IMG/VR virus record: IMGVR_UViG_3300042691_020576
Direction: 5' to 3' (one strand)
From: a virus
Lineage: Duplodnaviria > Heunggongvirae > Uroviricota > Caudoviricetes
DNA: 48,132 nucleotides
Part shown: positions 9,180 through 18,662 of the stretch, piece after piece
Numbering within the stretch: the stretch's first letter is position 1
Layout: each line of letters starts with the position of its first letter
Program-made: the position numbers and the translations under genes
Notes under the pieces: model-generated
Seen by the model: only the letters and a program-made list of their open reading frames with translations
What the model was told of the DNA's origin: nothing
Databases searched by the model: none

Positions 9180-12100
9180 ATGCCATTAGTACCAGGCTTA
9201 CAATTACCTTTTGGAATACAACCTGTTAACCCAGTGTTGGTGGATAGTTATGCTGGTCCATATTCATCTATTGTGGAAGCCCTATCTAGCATCCCATCAG
9301 CTCTTCGTGTACAAACAAGATTTGTACACATTATTGATGGTGGTGTAGGTAAGTTGTATTGGTTTAGAGATGGTATAGCAGATGGTAATCTTGTAGAATT
9401 TTCCACTGCAGCAATTGCTTCATTGAATGGGCTAACTGCTAGTTCTCAAACATTTGCAACAGGATCAACAGGAACTGATTTTGGCATTTCTTCTGTAGGC
9501 AGTGTACATACTTTTAACATTCCTACAGCAAGCAGTTTGAACAGAGGCTTGTTAAGTTCTGCTGATTGGTCAACATTTAATGGTAAAGAACCTGCAATTG
9601 CTGCAGGTACTACCACTCAATATTGGAGAGGAGATAAAAGTTGGCAGACATTAGATACAGCTGCTGTTGCAGAAAATCCAGGCTTTTTATATTTTACAGA
9701 AAACAGAGTACTTAACACTCCTCTTACAGGATTGAATGTCACTGGTGGAACTGTATTAGCAACTGATTCACTTTTGGCTGCTTTTGGTAAGTTACAAAAC
9801 CAGATTAATGGATTAATGGGTGGTGTTGTATTTGTTGACTTTTGGAATGCAAGTACAAATACTCCCACTATACCAACCGCAGTTGGAAATAAAGGTAAAT
9901 ACTACATCGTTAATGTTCCTGGTAATACAAATATTGATGGTATTACAGAATGGCAGGTTGGTGACTGGGTAATTAGTAACGGTACTGTTTGGGGAAAGGT
10001 GGATAACACAGATTCTGTTGTTTCTGTAAATGGATATACAGGAGCTATAAATTTAGTGACTGGTGATATATCTGAAGGTGCGGGAACTATTCCTGGTAGA
10101 CCTTCTCAACTGTTTTTCACAGATGCACGGGCTAGAGCAGCTTTATCATTTGTTGCAGGTAGTGGTGCGTACAACAGTACTACAGGTGTTATCACTATTC
10201 CTACGAATACAAATCAGCTTACCAATGGTGCTGGTTATATTACATCTGTTACAGGAACATTAAATAGAATCGCTGTAACTGGTGGTACTACAATTGATAT
10301 TGCATCAACTTATATTGGTCAATCTTCCATTACCACTCTTGGTACAATTACAACTGGTGTATGGAACGGATCTGCTATTGGAGATTCATTTATATCTTCT
10401 TCAACCAATTGGAACACTGCTTTTGATACAAGAATTCAATTTGGTATTTTATCAGCTAGACCAGCTGCTGGTACAAATGGTAGAAACTACTATGCTACAG
10501 ATAATGGAATAGAGTATTTTGATAATGGTTCGGCTTGGGTGATAAAAGGTGGCGCTTTGACAGGAGATGTAAACTCATCTCCAAACAGCCTTTCAACCAC
10601 TGTTGTTGGCTTAAGAGGAGCAGCTTTACCAACTCTATCTGTAGGTAATCTTAGATATAATGGTAGTGCTTGGGTATTTGATAGTACAGGATATCTTCCT
10701 TTGAGTGGTGGTACAGTTACTGGTGCTGTGACAGTACGAAATACACTAAACATTATGTCTAGTGACGGTATTATGGGGGTTAGAATATCAGCTCCTATAA
10801 ACTTTGGTAGTCAAATGAATATTGACATAGACCAGCCCAGTCAAAGAATTTTAATAGGTAATGGAAACTTAAACCAGAGTGTAGGAATACAAAGAGATAG
10901 TGCTCTTGGAGGTTTAATTATTCGTTCTGCGTTTGGTCAAGGTTTTGCTTTTTATGATGGTGCTAGCCAAATAGCCACTTTATCTGGAGGTGGTAATTTT
11001 ACAGCAAACTCATTTATAAAATCAGGTGGTACATCAACACAATTCTTGAAAGCAGATGGTTCTGTAGATTCCAATACATATGCCACAACGTCTTCATTGG
11101 GAGCATATCTACCTTTGAGTGGTGGAACGTTGACGGGAATAACAACAATGCAAAATACCTATTTAGGTTTCAATACGGCTTCTGCTCAAAGGGGTATTGT
11201 TTCAACATATAACTATATCATCGGTGGTAGTAGTACAGATTATTCATTTGGACTATTTTCTGAAGGTGAAATATTCTTCGCTGCAGGTGGTTCAGCTACA
11301 AAAAGACTGACGATTGCAACCACAGGCGCAGCTACGTTTTCATCATCGGTAACAGCACAAGGAAATTCACGCTTTATAGCAAGTGGTGGTATTGGCACTC
11401 CATTGCTTCATTTAATGCAGTCAAATAATGTGGATGGTTATTACCTATCTGTTGACAATGCTGTTGATGGAAGAATGGAATTGAGAAGTCAAGCAGGTGC
11501 GGTAATTCAAACATGGTATAGAAGTAATTTGAATACTGTTTTCCCAAATGGCAACGTAGGTATTGGTATTGCAAGTCCTGGTAATACATTACATGTAAAT
11601 GGTACGGCAGCTTTTGGTGTTACTTCAACGGCTCATACTGTAGGTATAACTGCGGCAAATTCTGCAGATGCAGATATACTTATAGTAGGGATGAGTGGTG
11701 TTACTAACGGTTTTAGAGTTCAAAGGGTTTCTTCTGTTATGAGATATACAATGCTTGATGGTAATTTGGGCATTGGTACAGGGACTCCTTCTTATAGGCT
11801 TCATGCATCTAATTTATCTAATGGTACAACTGCTGCATTTGGTGGTTCATCATTTGGATTAAGAATAGATAATGGCGGCTCTTTTGGTAACGGAGGTTCT
11901 ACTATTCACGGTGTAGATAACACTTTTGTTGGTAGCTATCAGAAACTAAGTATCAATGGAAGCAGTCTTGAATTTATGACTGACTATTCCACAAGACTAA
12001 CTATTGCAAATTCAGGTGTAGTCACTTTCACAAATACATTATTATTAGGTAGTAATTCTACTATTTATAAGCCAAATGTTTCAAGTGGAACTTTTGCTTC

Positions 12101-13154
12101 GCCACTTTTTGAAAATATAATGTCCTATGGAACTAGTACATTTCTTTCGTATATACAAGGTGGCAATTCGTTCAATTCAACTACAGGCACTTGGTTAAGA
12201 TTTGTTGTAAACAATCATGGCGGCACTCTACCTATAAATGCGCTTACAATAGTTCCAAATGGAAATGTAGGCATTTTAAACACTACACCATATTCAGCAT
12301 TAGATGTTAGTTATGAAAATTCATTTAATTCAACTACTCCTGGCACTTCTCCTTACGGTATCTATTTAAGCGGACAAGCTACGAATGGATTCGCAACAGG
12401 TATAACTTTTAGTGCAGGGGGTGCATCAGCAGGCTCAGCTCAAGCAGGTATTTATTCGCAAGGTTCGGGTTCATATGGTACACGAATGTATTTTGCCACA
12501 ACGAATAACTATGGAGTTGGCTCTATTACTCGAATGATGATAAATGAAAACGGTAATGTGGGAATAGGCACATCGCCTGCATTTAATCTTCATGTAAGAG
12601 TAGACCAAGGAAGTGGAACATTGATAACTTCTCAAAACAATGCAACAGGGAACTCTTTCAACTACGCAGGCTTTAACGCAATCGCAAGAACAACAGGCGG
12701 TGCAGAAATTGGGTTTGGTATTGCGGCTTGGGGTGGGGGTAGTGTAAGGCAAAATGAAGTTTGGCTTGGTTCATATACTAATCATCCACTTGTGTTAAAT
12801 GTGAATGATTCAGAGAGACTTAGAATTGCAACAAGTGGAGCAATAACTGCTCAATCCTCCATTACAGCCACATCATTCTTTGAATCATCCGACTTACGCC
12901 AAAAAAGTGTTTTTTCTACATTGAATAGTGCAGACGGAATTGCTGCTATTAATTACATTTTCCTTCCAGATGGTTCAACTAAATGGGGATATGGTGCGCA
13001 GCATGTACAAAATATCCTCCCATATGCTGTATATGAAGGATCTGATAATTTATTAAAAGTTGATTACACAACTGTGCATACATATAAGATTGCTATGTTG
13101 GAACAAAGAATTGAGGAGTTAGAAAAAGAGTTGGATAATTACAGAAATGCTTAA
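9180..13154 (+). CDS. Tail fibre/spike with C-terminal intramolecular chaperone (Peptidase S74-like)
   Basis: G/S/T-rich; four GN[VL]GI repeats; duplicated YLPLSGGT; C-terminal SDLRQK...GYGAQ...coiled coil typical of autocleaving chaperones. Confidence 0.8.
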   Translation: MPLVPGLQLPFGIQPVNPVLVDSYAGPYSSIVEALSSIPSALRVQTRFVHIIDGGVGKLYWFRDGIADGNLVEFSTAAIASLNGLTASSQTFATGSTGTDFGISSVGSVHTFNIPTASSLNRGLLSSADWSTFNGKEPAIAAGTTTQYWRGDKSWQTLDTAAVAENPGFLYFTENRVLNTPLTGLNVTGGTVLATDSLLAAFGKLQNQINGLMGGVVFVDFWNASTNTPTIPTAVGNKGKYYIVNVPGNTNIDGITEWQVGDWVISNGTVWGKVDNTDSVVSVNGYTGAINLVTGDISEGAGTIPGRPSQLFFTDARARAALSFVAGSGAYNSTTGVITIPTNTNQLTNGAGYITSVTGTLNRIAVTGGTTIDIASTYIGQSSITTLGTITTGVWNGSAIGDSFISSSTNWNTAFDTRIQFGILSARPAAGTNGRNYYATDNGIEYFDNGSAWVIKGGALTGDVNSSPNSLSTTVVGLRGAALPTLSVGNLRYNGSAWVFDSTGYLPLSGGTVTGAVTVRNTLNIMSSDGIMGVRISAPINFGSQMNIDIDQPSQRILIGNGNLNQSVGIQRDSALGGLIIRSAFGQGFAFYDGASQIATLSGGGNFTANSFIKSGGTSTQFLKADGSVDSNTYATTSSLGAYLPLSGGTLTGITTMQNTYLGFNTASAQRGIVSTYNYIIGGSSTDYSFGLFSEGEIFFAAGGSATKRLTIATTGAATFSSSVTAQGNSRFIASGGIGTPLLHLMQSNNVDGYYLSVDNAVDGRMELRSQAGAVIQTWYRSNLNTVFPNGNVGIGIASPGNTLHVNGTAAFGVTSTAHTVGITAANSADADILIVGMSGVTNGFRVQRVSSVMRYTMLDGNLGIGTGTPSYRLHASNLSNGTTAAFGGSSFGLRIDNGGSFGNGGSTIHGVDNTFVGSYQKLSINGSSLEFMTDYSTRLTIANSGVVTFTNTLLLGSNSTIYKPNVSSGTFASPLFENIMSYGTSTFLSYIQGGNSFNSTTGTWLRFVVNNHGGTLPINALTIVPNGNVGILNTTPYSALDVSYENSFNSTTPGTSPYGIYLSGQATNGFATGITFSAGGASAGSAQAGIYSQGSGSYGTRMYFATTNNYGVGSITRMMINENGNVGIGTSPAFNLHVRVDQGSGTLITSQNNATGNSFNYAGFNAIARTTGGAEIGFGIAAWGGGSVRQNEVWLGSYTNHPLVLNVNDSERLRIATSGAITAQSSITATSFFESSDLRQKSVFSTLNSADGIAAINYIFLPDGSTKWGYGAQHVQNILPYAVYEGSDNLLKVDYTTVHTYKIAMLEQRIEELEKELDNYRNA

Positions 13155-13163
13155 CTTTGTGAC

Positions 13164-13982
13164 ATGGGATATGTTGACATAGCTAATAATCAAACTGTAT
13201 CTTTAGATAATTTGAAAGATGCTGTAACACTTGGTTTGTTTCAGCAGCTTACAACTATTCCTTCTGGTACAAAGTCTATCACTAAGAGTGAAGCTAGTAC
13301 GTATGTTAGTTTAGATACAGCATATTCTCCATTTGCTGCAAAGGCTAGTAATCAATTAGTTGTAAAGAGTAATCTGAAAGCTAATTTTCAAAACTCTGCG
13401 ACATTTTACTATTCATCTGCAAAAGTTAGACTGGAAGGATGGACCTCTAGTGGATCAGCATGTTCGAGCTACGCTGGAGCACCTACATCAACTATCTATT
13501 GGAACGGATCTTTTACAGCAGGTACACAAATATTTACACCTTCTACATTATTTCAAGTTGGAGGTAGCTCTTCTGGAATATATTTTGTTGTTGTGATTGG
13601 GGGTACACCAAATTGGTTTACGGTGAATAATTGGACATTCTATGATAGTGCGTCAGGTACTTATGCTGCAACAATAAATGCCACTGGAGTTTGTGGAAAT
13701 ACAGTGACAAACCTTCAAGGTTCTTTCTATTTAGACCTAAGCGATTATTATGTAACAGCAGATGTTACGTTACAATCACCTGCTACATCAACTGTAACTT
13801 TTACTGTTGATGTTACTACACTAAACATTGGTGTAATTAATGTTACTGTCACAATTTCTTCTGGAAATACAACAGGTAGTGGTCAGACATTTGTTGGACC
13901 ATCAGATCCTATTAGCGTAACGGATGTGTGTATTTCTTCTTCTACTGATGGAACAATTAACCTTAATGGATACGGTTGTTAA
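13164..13982 (+). CDS. Tail-associated structural protein
   Basis: S/T/G-rich beta protein after the fibre; preceded by TAACTTTG box. Confidence 0.45.
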   Translation: MGYVDIANNQTVSLDNLKDAVTLGLFQQLTTIPSGTKSITKSEASTYVSLDTAYSPFAAKASNQLVVKSNLKANFQNSATFYYSSAKVRLEGWTSSGSACSSYAGAPTSTIYWNGSFTAGTQIFTPSTLFQVGGSSSGIYFVVVIGGTPNWFTVNNWTFYDSASGTYAATINATGVCGNTVTNLQGSFYLDLSDYYVTADVTLQSPATSTVTFTVDVTTLNIGVINVTVTISSGNTTGSGQTFVGPSDPISVTDVCISSSTDGTINLNGYGC

Positions 13983-14034
13983 AAACCTTTAACTCTTGAT
14001 AAAATTAGCTACCTTTGTCTAAAATCAAATAAAT

Positions 14035-14346
14035 ATGAACACACTTTTTGTCATTATTGTAGCAATTGCATGTGTTGTACTGGTGTATCTTATCCTTAAA
14101 GGACAGAAAGATCCAGTTACAACCACATCCACTACAACATTAGCTCCTCCTTCAGGTCCTTGTTCTCTTTACAAAATCTCTGTAAAAGATGACAGAAACT
14201 TTCTATCTTACATCAGTTGTGATGGTACAAGTGTAGATGATAGTGGTCTTCCTGTAGGTTTGGAAAATGTAATTTGTTGTAAAACAGGTTCGATCACTGG
14301 TAGTGGTATGGAAATTATTTATGCTGGAGAATGTGAACCAATTTAA
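14035..14346 (+). CDS. Small membrane-anchored protein with Thr-rich linker and Cys-rich C-terminus
   Basis: N-terminal hydrophobic helix, PVTTTSTTTLAPP, five Cys downstream. Confidence 0.55.
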   Translation: MNTLFVIIVAIACVVLVYLILKGQKDPVTTTSTTTLAPPSGPCSLYKISVKDDRNFLSYISCDGTSVDDSGLPVGLENVICCKTGSITGSGMEIIYAGECEPI

Positions 14347-14381
14347 AAATTACCTATCTTTGAGTTAAATCTTCAAAACGT

Positions 14382-14735
14382 ATGAAATCAATCAACTTGA
14401 AAGTGGTCAAGGAAGAAATTAACGGTGTTCCTACAGTTCTTACCACTCATGCTCTTCTAAGAATGGCGGTGAATAGTCCTGAACAAGGTGGTTATGACAT
14501 TGATGAAATGATGAAACGTCTTAGACTTCTTGAGAAGATTGACGCTTTCAAAGACAAGTTTACCATCAAGGATGAAAAACAAGAGCCTTCAGATGAGTTT
14601 CTTGCAACAGAAGCCACTCTTGAACTTGAAGACAGTGACTTTGAGAAATTGAAATCTCTGTTTACAAAAATGAAGTGGGGCGTTCTTTGCAACTATATCA
14701 TTGAACTGAACGAAGAATTAAAGCAGGCTCAATAG
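14382..14735 (+). CDS. Hypothetical protein (possible tail-fibre assembly factor)
   Basis: 117-aa charged helical ORF with TATCTTTG box upstream; function by position only. Confidence 0.4.
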   Translation: MKSINLKVVKEEINGVPTVLTTHALLRMAVNSPEQGGYDIDEMMKRLRLLEKIDAFKDKFTIKDEKQEPSDEFLATEATLELEDSDFEKLKSLFTKMKWGVLCNYIIELNEELKQAQ

Positions 14736-14747
14736 CCTGCTTTTTTT
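14721..14747 (+). terminator. Intrinsic terminator between convergent genes
   Basis: AAGCAGGCT-CAAT-AGCCTGCTT then T-tract. Confidence 0.85.
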
Positions 14748-16801
14748 ATTTCTTTATATACCATTTCTGCTGTAATTGATTTCTGACACTCATGCATTCT
14801 GTCTGTATTCTTGTACAGAGGACACCAATTCCAATCTCCTGGATCAAATCTATATTGTGGTTTGTTCCAACAGCCATTACACACATCTGTCTTCACTGGA
14901 CGCATGCAATAAAATTCATGATTAGGTTGTGTGAAATTTGCAATCATAATAACAGGTTTCTCCATAGCCCAAGCTAGCCAGCTGAGTCCTGAACTTAACC
15001 CAATAAAGAACTCACTCTCTGCAATCTTATCCATAACTTTCTCTAGGGATCTGTCATATAATTGATCACAATTGTTGAACGGATTGTCCTCCAGAGAAAC
15101 ATTCACCACTTCATATCCCTGTTCCACCAGATAGTTAATCACCTCTTGCCAACCTTCCTTGGTCCAGAACTTACAACCAGCTGTAGAGTTGGTGGCAATG
15201 GTAACAAGCTTTCTCTTTTGTACATCAGGATTGTATGCAAGTCTTGCTTTAATCTCTTGATATTCAAGACCTAAGATGTTAGATGCAGCTTTCTGTAAAG
15301 GAATAGTGTTACAAAGTTCTGGTTCTTTGTCAGGATTATAGAACCAGCCAATTGTATAGTTACCAAAGATGTTATTTACGGGAGCACCTGGCTCTACAAA
15401 TTCAAGCTCTGGATATGCATCTTTAAACAGAAAGTTCTTAAACGTACTGACAATCACATGACAATTATGCTTCTTCTTAAACTCTAGCACATAAGGCATC
15501 CATGCAATGCTGTCTCCTAAGGATTTACTATCTAATGCAATATAGACACGCTTATCTGTATAGTTTAGTGTATACTGGTAGTATATACTATCATCCTTCC
15601 ACACTTTTATAGTCCACTTGGTGTACCATTGTCTATTCACCTTTGCCCAGTGCTGCACACCTATAACCGTGCTGTATTGACAGACGTTCTGTTCATCATA
15701 AAACTCTACACGGAACTTTGATTTAGATCTACCTTTGATTTCAATAAATGGTCCATGTACAAAATGATTAGTGATGGTGATGTATTCATCAACTTGTTTT
15801 GGAGCCATTAATGTACTTGTGTACATACTGATGTGAGCTTTGGCAAATTCTTCCTCCTGATTCTCAGGAATGTCATATGTCTTAGGGTTGCTCAATTGCT
15901 CATACACCTGTTCTTTCAATCTGGTAGGATCTAGTTCAACAATATAGTCATCGAACATGCCATCATACTGATGCAGGTTCCTAGCAATGATGGGCTTACC
16001 AAAACCAATTATCTCTCTGATTACCAACGGGTTACATTCAAAAACACTGTTGAACATAAACAAATCACAGCCTGCCATAAAGCTTCCTACATCAATTCTC
16101 TCTCCCCACACATGTACATTCGGAGGAACATCTTTCATAATAGGACCCCAGTAGTGTTCAAAGTTATCAGCCTGGTTTCCTACAAAGTGAAAATGTACAT
16201 CTGGCATTTGTTTGGCCAGCTCTACAGCTTCTTTCTGGTTCTTGCCAGGAGTCCATAATCCAACATTTAACACGTGTTTCCCTGGTCCAAAATCAATTGG
16301 AACAGGTTTCATCTTCCTTTTTTCTATAGGATGTTGGATTACATACTTAGGAGAAGGCATGTTTACAAATGTCTTCAGGTGGTATGGGGTACAGAATGCA
16401 TATGCATCTGGTTGGTAGCGCTTCTCAATGTCTGGTTTGAACACAATGTTGTGGCAGGTTTCTATCACCCTCCATGTTCTGTCTGGTGCATAGATTCCTT
16501 CTCTCACCTGCTCAGACCAGTTGTTATAGCCATCCTCCACCATCTCCTCTATGTGCACAATATCAATATTGTTGCTTCTGATAATGTCTATGAGCTCCAT
16601 TTTATCCTCACCCAATGTCCAGAACTTGGCTATGCGATTCTTAATTTGACTCTTCTGTACGATAAAATGGTCACTGTGATTGTCATATTCTACAACATGA
16701 ATGTCTACATCTGTGTATTTTTGTAGGACCTTGATCCTTTTAAGTAGAAATGCTGGCATACCTCCTGTAGATAAATGAGGTGCTACGTACAGTATTTTCA
16801 T
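14729..16801 (-). CDS. Fused glycosyltransferase: GT4-like N-terminus plus TibC/AAH-like (GT9-related) protein O-heptosyltransferase C-terminus
   Basis: MKILYVAPHLSTGG, KNQK and E-x7-E GT4 motifs; RVYIALDSKSLGDSIAWMPY, IGLSSGLSWLAWA and C-terminal CxxC..C..C as in TibC; start moved to ATG 16801. Confidence 0.75.
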   Translation of the reverse strand: MKILYVAPHLSTGGMPAFLLKRIKVLQKYTDVDIHVVEYDNHSDHFIVQKSQIKNRIAKFWTLGEDKMELIDIIRSNNIDIVHIEEMVEDGYNNWSEQVREGIYAPDRTWRVIETCHNIVFKPDIEKRYQPDAYAFCTPYHLKTFVNMPSPKYVIQHPIEKRKMKPVPIDFGPGKHVLNVGLWTPGKNQKEAVELAKQMPDVHFHFVGNQADNFEHYWGPIMKDVPPNVHVWGERIDVGSFMAGCDLFMFNSVFECNPLVIREIIGFGKPIIARNLHQYDGMFDDYIVELDPTRLKEQVYEQLSNPKTYDIPENQEEEFAKAHISMYTSTLMAPKQVDEYITITNHFVHGPFIEIKGRSKSKFRVEFYDEQNVCQYSTVIGVQHWAKVNRQWYTKWTIKVWKDDSIYYQYTLNYTDKRVYIALDSKSLGDSIAWMPYVLEFKKKHNCHVIVSTFKNFLFKDAYPELEFVEPGAPVNNIFGNYTIGWFYNPDKEPELCNTIPLQKAASNILGLEYQEIKARLAYNPDVQKRKLVTIATNSTAGCKFWTKEGWQEVINYLVEQGYEVVNVSLEDNPFNNCDQLYDRSLEKVMDKIAESEFFIGLSSGLSWLAWAMEKPVIMIANFTQPNHEFYCMRPVKTDVCNGCWNKPQYRFDPGDWNWCPLYKNTDRMHECQKSITAEMVYKEIKKAGY

Positions 16802-16806
16802 AGTCA

Positions 16807-16838
16807 CGAAATTAGAAAAAAAATTTGGTAGTTTCAAA
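16807..16838 (-). promoter_or_regulatory. Promoter TTTG-N20-TAATTTCG for the GT gene
   Basis: Consensus spacing; ATG 5 nt downstream. Confidence 0.65.
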
Positions 16839-16855
16839 TGTATTTTTTACCTTGC
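16824..16855 (+). promoter_or_regulatory. Divergent overlapping promoter TTTG-N20-TACCTTGC for lysis cassette
   Basis: Correct spacing, imperfect -7 box. Confidence 0.4.
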
Positions 16856-16890
16856 GGGCTTAAGTCCTATTCATTTTATTTTAACTATAT

Positions 16891-16937
16891 AACACGTGTT
16901 TCCCCCCTGAGTTGGGAGATAGCGTGTTTTATTTTTT
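16891..16937 (+). terminator. Terminator-like hairpin in the lysis-cassette leader
   Basis: ACACGTGTTTCCC...GGGAGATAGCGTGT stem with G-U pairs and one bulge, followed by TTTATTTTTT. Confidence 0.55.
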
Positions 16938-16961
16938 AATCCCTACTGTTATGTGTTTAAC

Positions 16962-17279
16962 ATGGAAAACATTTTTGAAGAACAAGTAAAACAAGAATTA
17001 AAGAGCATGGATCAGCGTCTGTTTGATATGGAGGAAAAGATTGGCTCCATAGACACAAAGCTCACTCAGGTTGTAGACGCTATCTTGGGAAACCCTCTCA
17101 CTAAAACTGGAGGATTTGTCAATGATATTGATGTGTTGAAAGACAAGATCAAAGAGCTGGAAAAGAAAGTGGAGAAACAAGAAGAGTTTAAGAGAAAGGT
17201 TACTTGGACTATTGCTATCATTGTTGCAGTTGCAACAATAATTCAGTATGCAGTTTCTGTCTATTCTAATGTAAAATAA
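16962..17279 (+). CDS. Holin-like protein (coiled coil plus C-terminal TM helix)
   Basis: Coiled coil then WTIAIIVAVATIIQYAVSV; first gene of lysis cluster. Confidence 0.5.
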   Translation: MENIFEEQVKQELKSMDQRLFDMEEKIGSIDTKLTQVVDAILGNPLTKTGGFVNDIDVLKDKIKELEKKVEKQEEFKRKVTWTIAIIVAVATIIQYAVSVYSNVK

Positions 17280-17284
17280 CCAAC

Positions 17285-17896
17285 ATGAAGTTTGTTGTAA
17301 GTAATTTGGTAAATCTTTTGGTGCTATTTCTTGTGGCCATCCTTTTTGTACAAAGATGTTCAGAGAAGCCTGTAGAGAAGCCTATTCCTACAATTGTTCG
17401 TGACACTGTATGGGTGGTGCATGACAGTGTGATATATACTAAACCTCAGGTGATTAACACTATCAAGATGAGTTCTAAAGATTCTCTCATCTACCTTCCA
17501 GATAGCAATTATGCTGGTTTAGTGCTCCAATATCAAGAGGCTGTAGCTATGCTTTTAGCAAAGAATGTTCAAAAGGATTCAATTCCTATTGACAGTAATG
17601 GTTATGTGAAAGTGATTGACACAGTGCAAAAGAACCTTATTGTAAGTAGGAAATACGAAACTCAAGTGAAATCTCGCACAATTAAGGAATACATCCTTGT
17701 TCCACCAAAACCCGTTAATCAGCTATACGTAGGAGGAGATGTTACAGGTTCGCAAACTAATATAATCAATCAGGTTAGAGCTGGACTTCTGTTCAAAAAC
17801 AAAAAAGACCAAATTTTTACAGGGTCAGTAGGACTTCAAACAAATGGTCAAGTTGTATATGGAGTGGGCTCTTACTGGAAAATTAAATTCAGATAG
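17285..17896 (+). CDS. Spanin-like membrane protein
   Basis: N-terminal hydrophobic anchor with Cys, DTV/DSI repeats, C-terminal amphipathic beta strands ending YWKIKFR; lysis context. Confidence 0.45.
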   Translation: MKFVVSNLVNLLVLFLVAILFVQRCSEKPVEKPIPTIVRDTVWVVHDSVIYTKPQVINTIKMSSKDSLIYLPDSNYAGLVLQYQEAVAMLLAKNVQKDSIPIDSNGYVKVIDTVQKNLIVSRKYETQVKSRTIKEYILVPPKPVNQLYVGGDVTGSQTNIINQVRAGLLFKNKKDQIFTGSVGLQTNGQVVYGVGSYWKIKFR

Positions 17897-17898
17897 TC

Positions 17899-18114
17899 AT
17901 GGCAAAGACAAAATTTGGATGGAAATACTACTTTGCACCCACTCCTAAGAGAGTGAGGGTATTTGGAGATAGTTTGTTTGCTGCTGGTAGCGTTGCTGCT
18001 GGCTTTGCTGTTTTAAATGATCATCCTAAAATAGGTGTAACTATCAGTATTGTGTCAGTGTTGGGTAAATTCATTTCTAACTTCTTTACAGAAAATCCTG
18101 AAGAAAATGGCTAG
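17899..18114 (+). CDS. Small holin-like membrane protein
   Basis: Two hydrophobic segments; overlaps amidase start. Confidence 0.5.
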   Translation: MAKTKFGWKYYFAPTPKRVRVFGDSLFAAGSVAAGFAVLNDHPKIGVTISIVSVLGKFISNFFTENPEENG

Positions 18115-18646
18115 AAAAATCATCATATCTGCTGGTCACGGTGGTACAGACCCTGGTGCATCAGGTAACGGCTATATTGAGAGAGACTTGGCTATTGAGC
18201 TGAGAGATCTCATTATTGTTGAACTTAAGGCGTTGGGTATCAATGCTTTAACTGACGATAACCGTAACGCATTATCCCAAACCCTTGCTTGGTTGAGAGG
18301 AAAGTTCAGTGATAAGGACATTCTGGTAGATATTCATTGGAATGCTGCTGGCAATCCTGAAGCTAGAGGTAGTGAAGTAATTATTCCTACAGTAGCATCT
18401 GACTTTGAGAAAAAACTTGCGAGAGCTCTTTTGAGTGTATTTTCTGCTTTAGGATTTAGAGATAGAGGTGTGAAACCTGAAACTCTCACTGCTAGAAAAT
18501 CACTTGCTTGGATGAGACCTAATGCAGAAAACATTCTAATCGAAGTGTGCTTTATCAGTAATTCCCTAGACATGAAGCTATATCAGGCTAATAAACACAC
18601 TATTTCAAAACGTATTGCTCACGTTCTCAATCAATTTAGTAAATAA
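18107..18646 (+). CDS. N-acetylmuramoyl-L-alanine amidase (Amidase_3) endolysin
   Basis: SAGHGGTDPGA, E, DIHWNA, ILIEVCFISN Zn-binding motifs. Confidence 0.9.
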   Translation: MARKIIISAGHGGTDPGASGNGYIERDLAIELRDLIIVELKALGINALTDDNRNALSQTLAWLRGKFSDKDILVDIHWNAAGNPEARGSEVIIPTVASDFEKKLARALLSVFSALGFRDRGVKPETLTARKSLAWMRPNAENILIEVCFISNSLDMKLYQANKHTISKRIAHVLNQFSK

Positions 18647-18662
18647 TTCTTAATTTTACACA

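Noticed and set aside
9180-13154. Diversity-generating retroelement or invertible fibre cassette
   Set aside because: No reverse transcriptase, template repeat or invertase seen in this window
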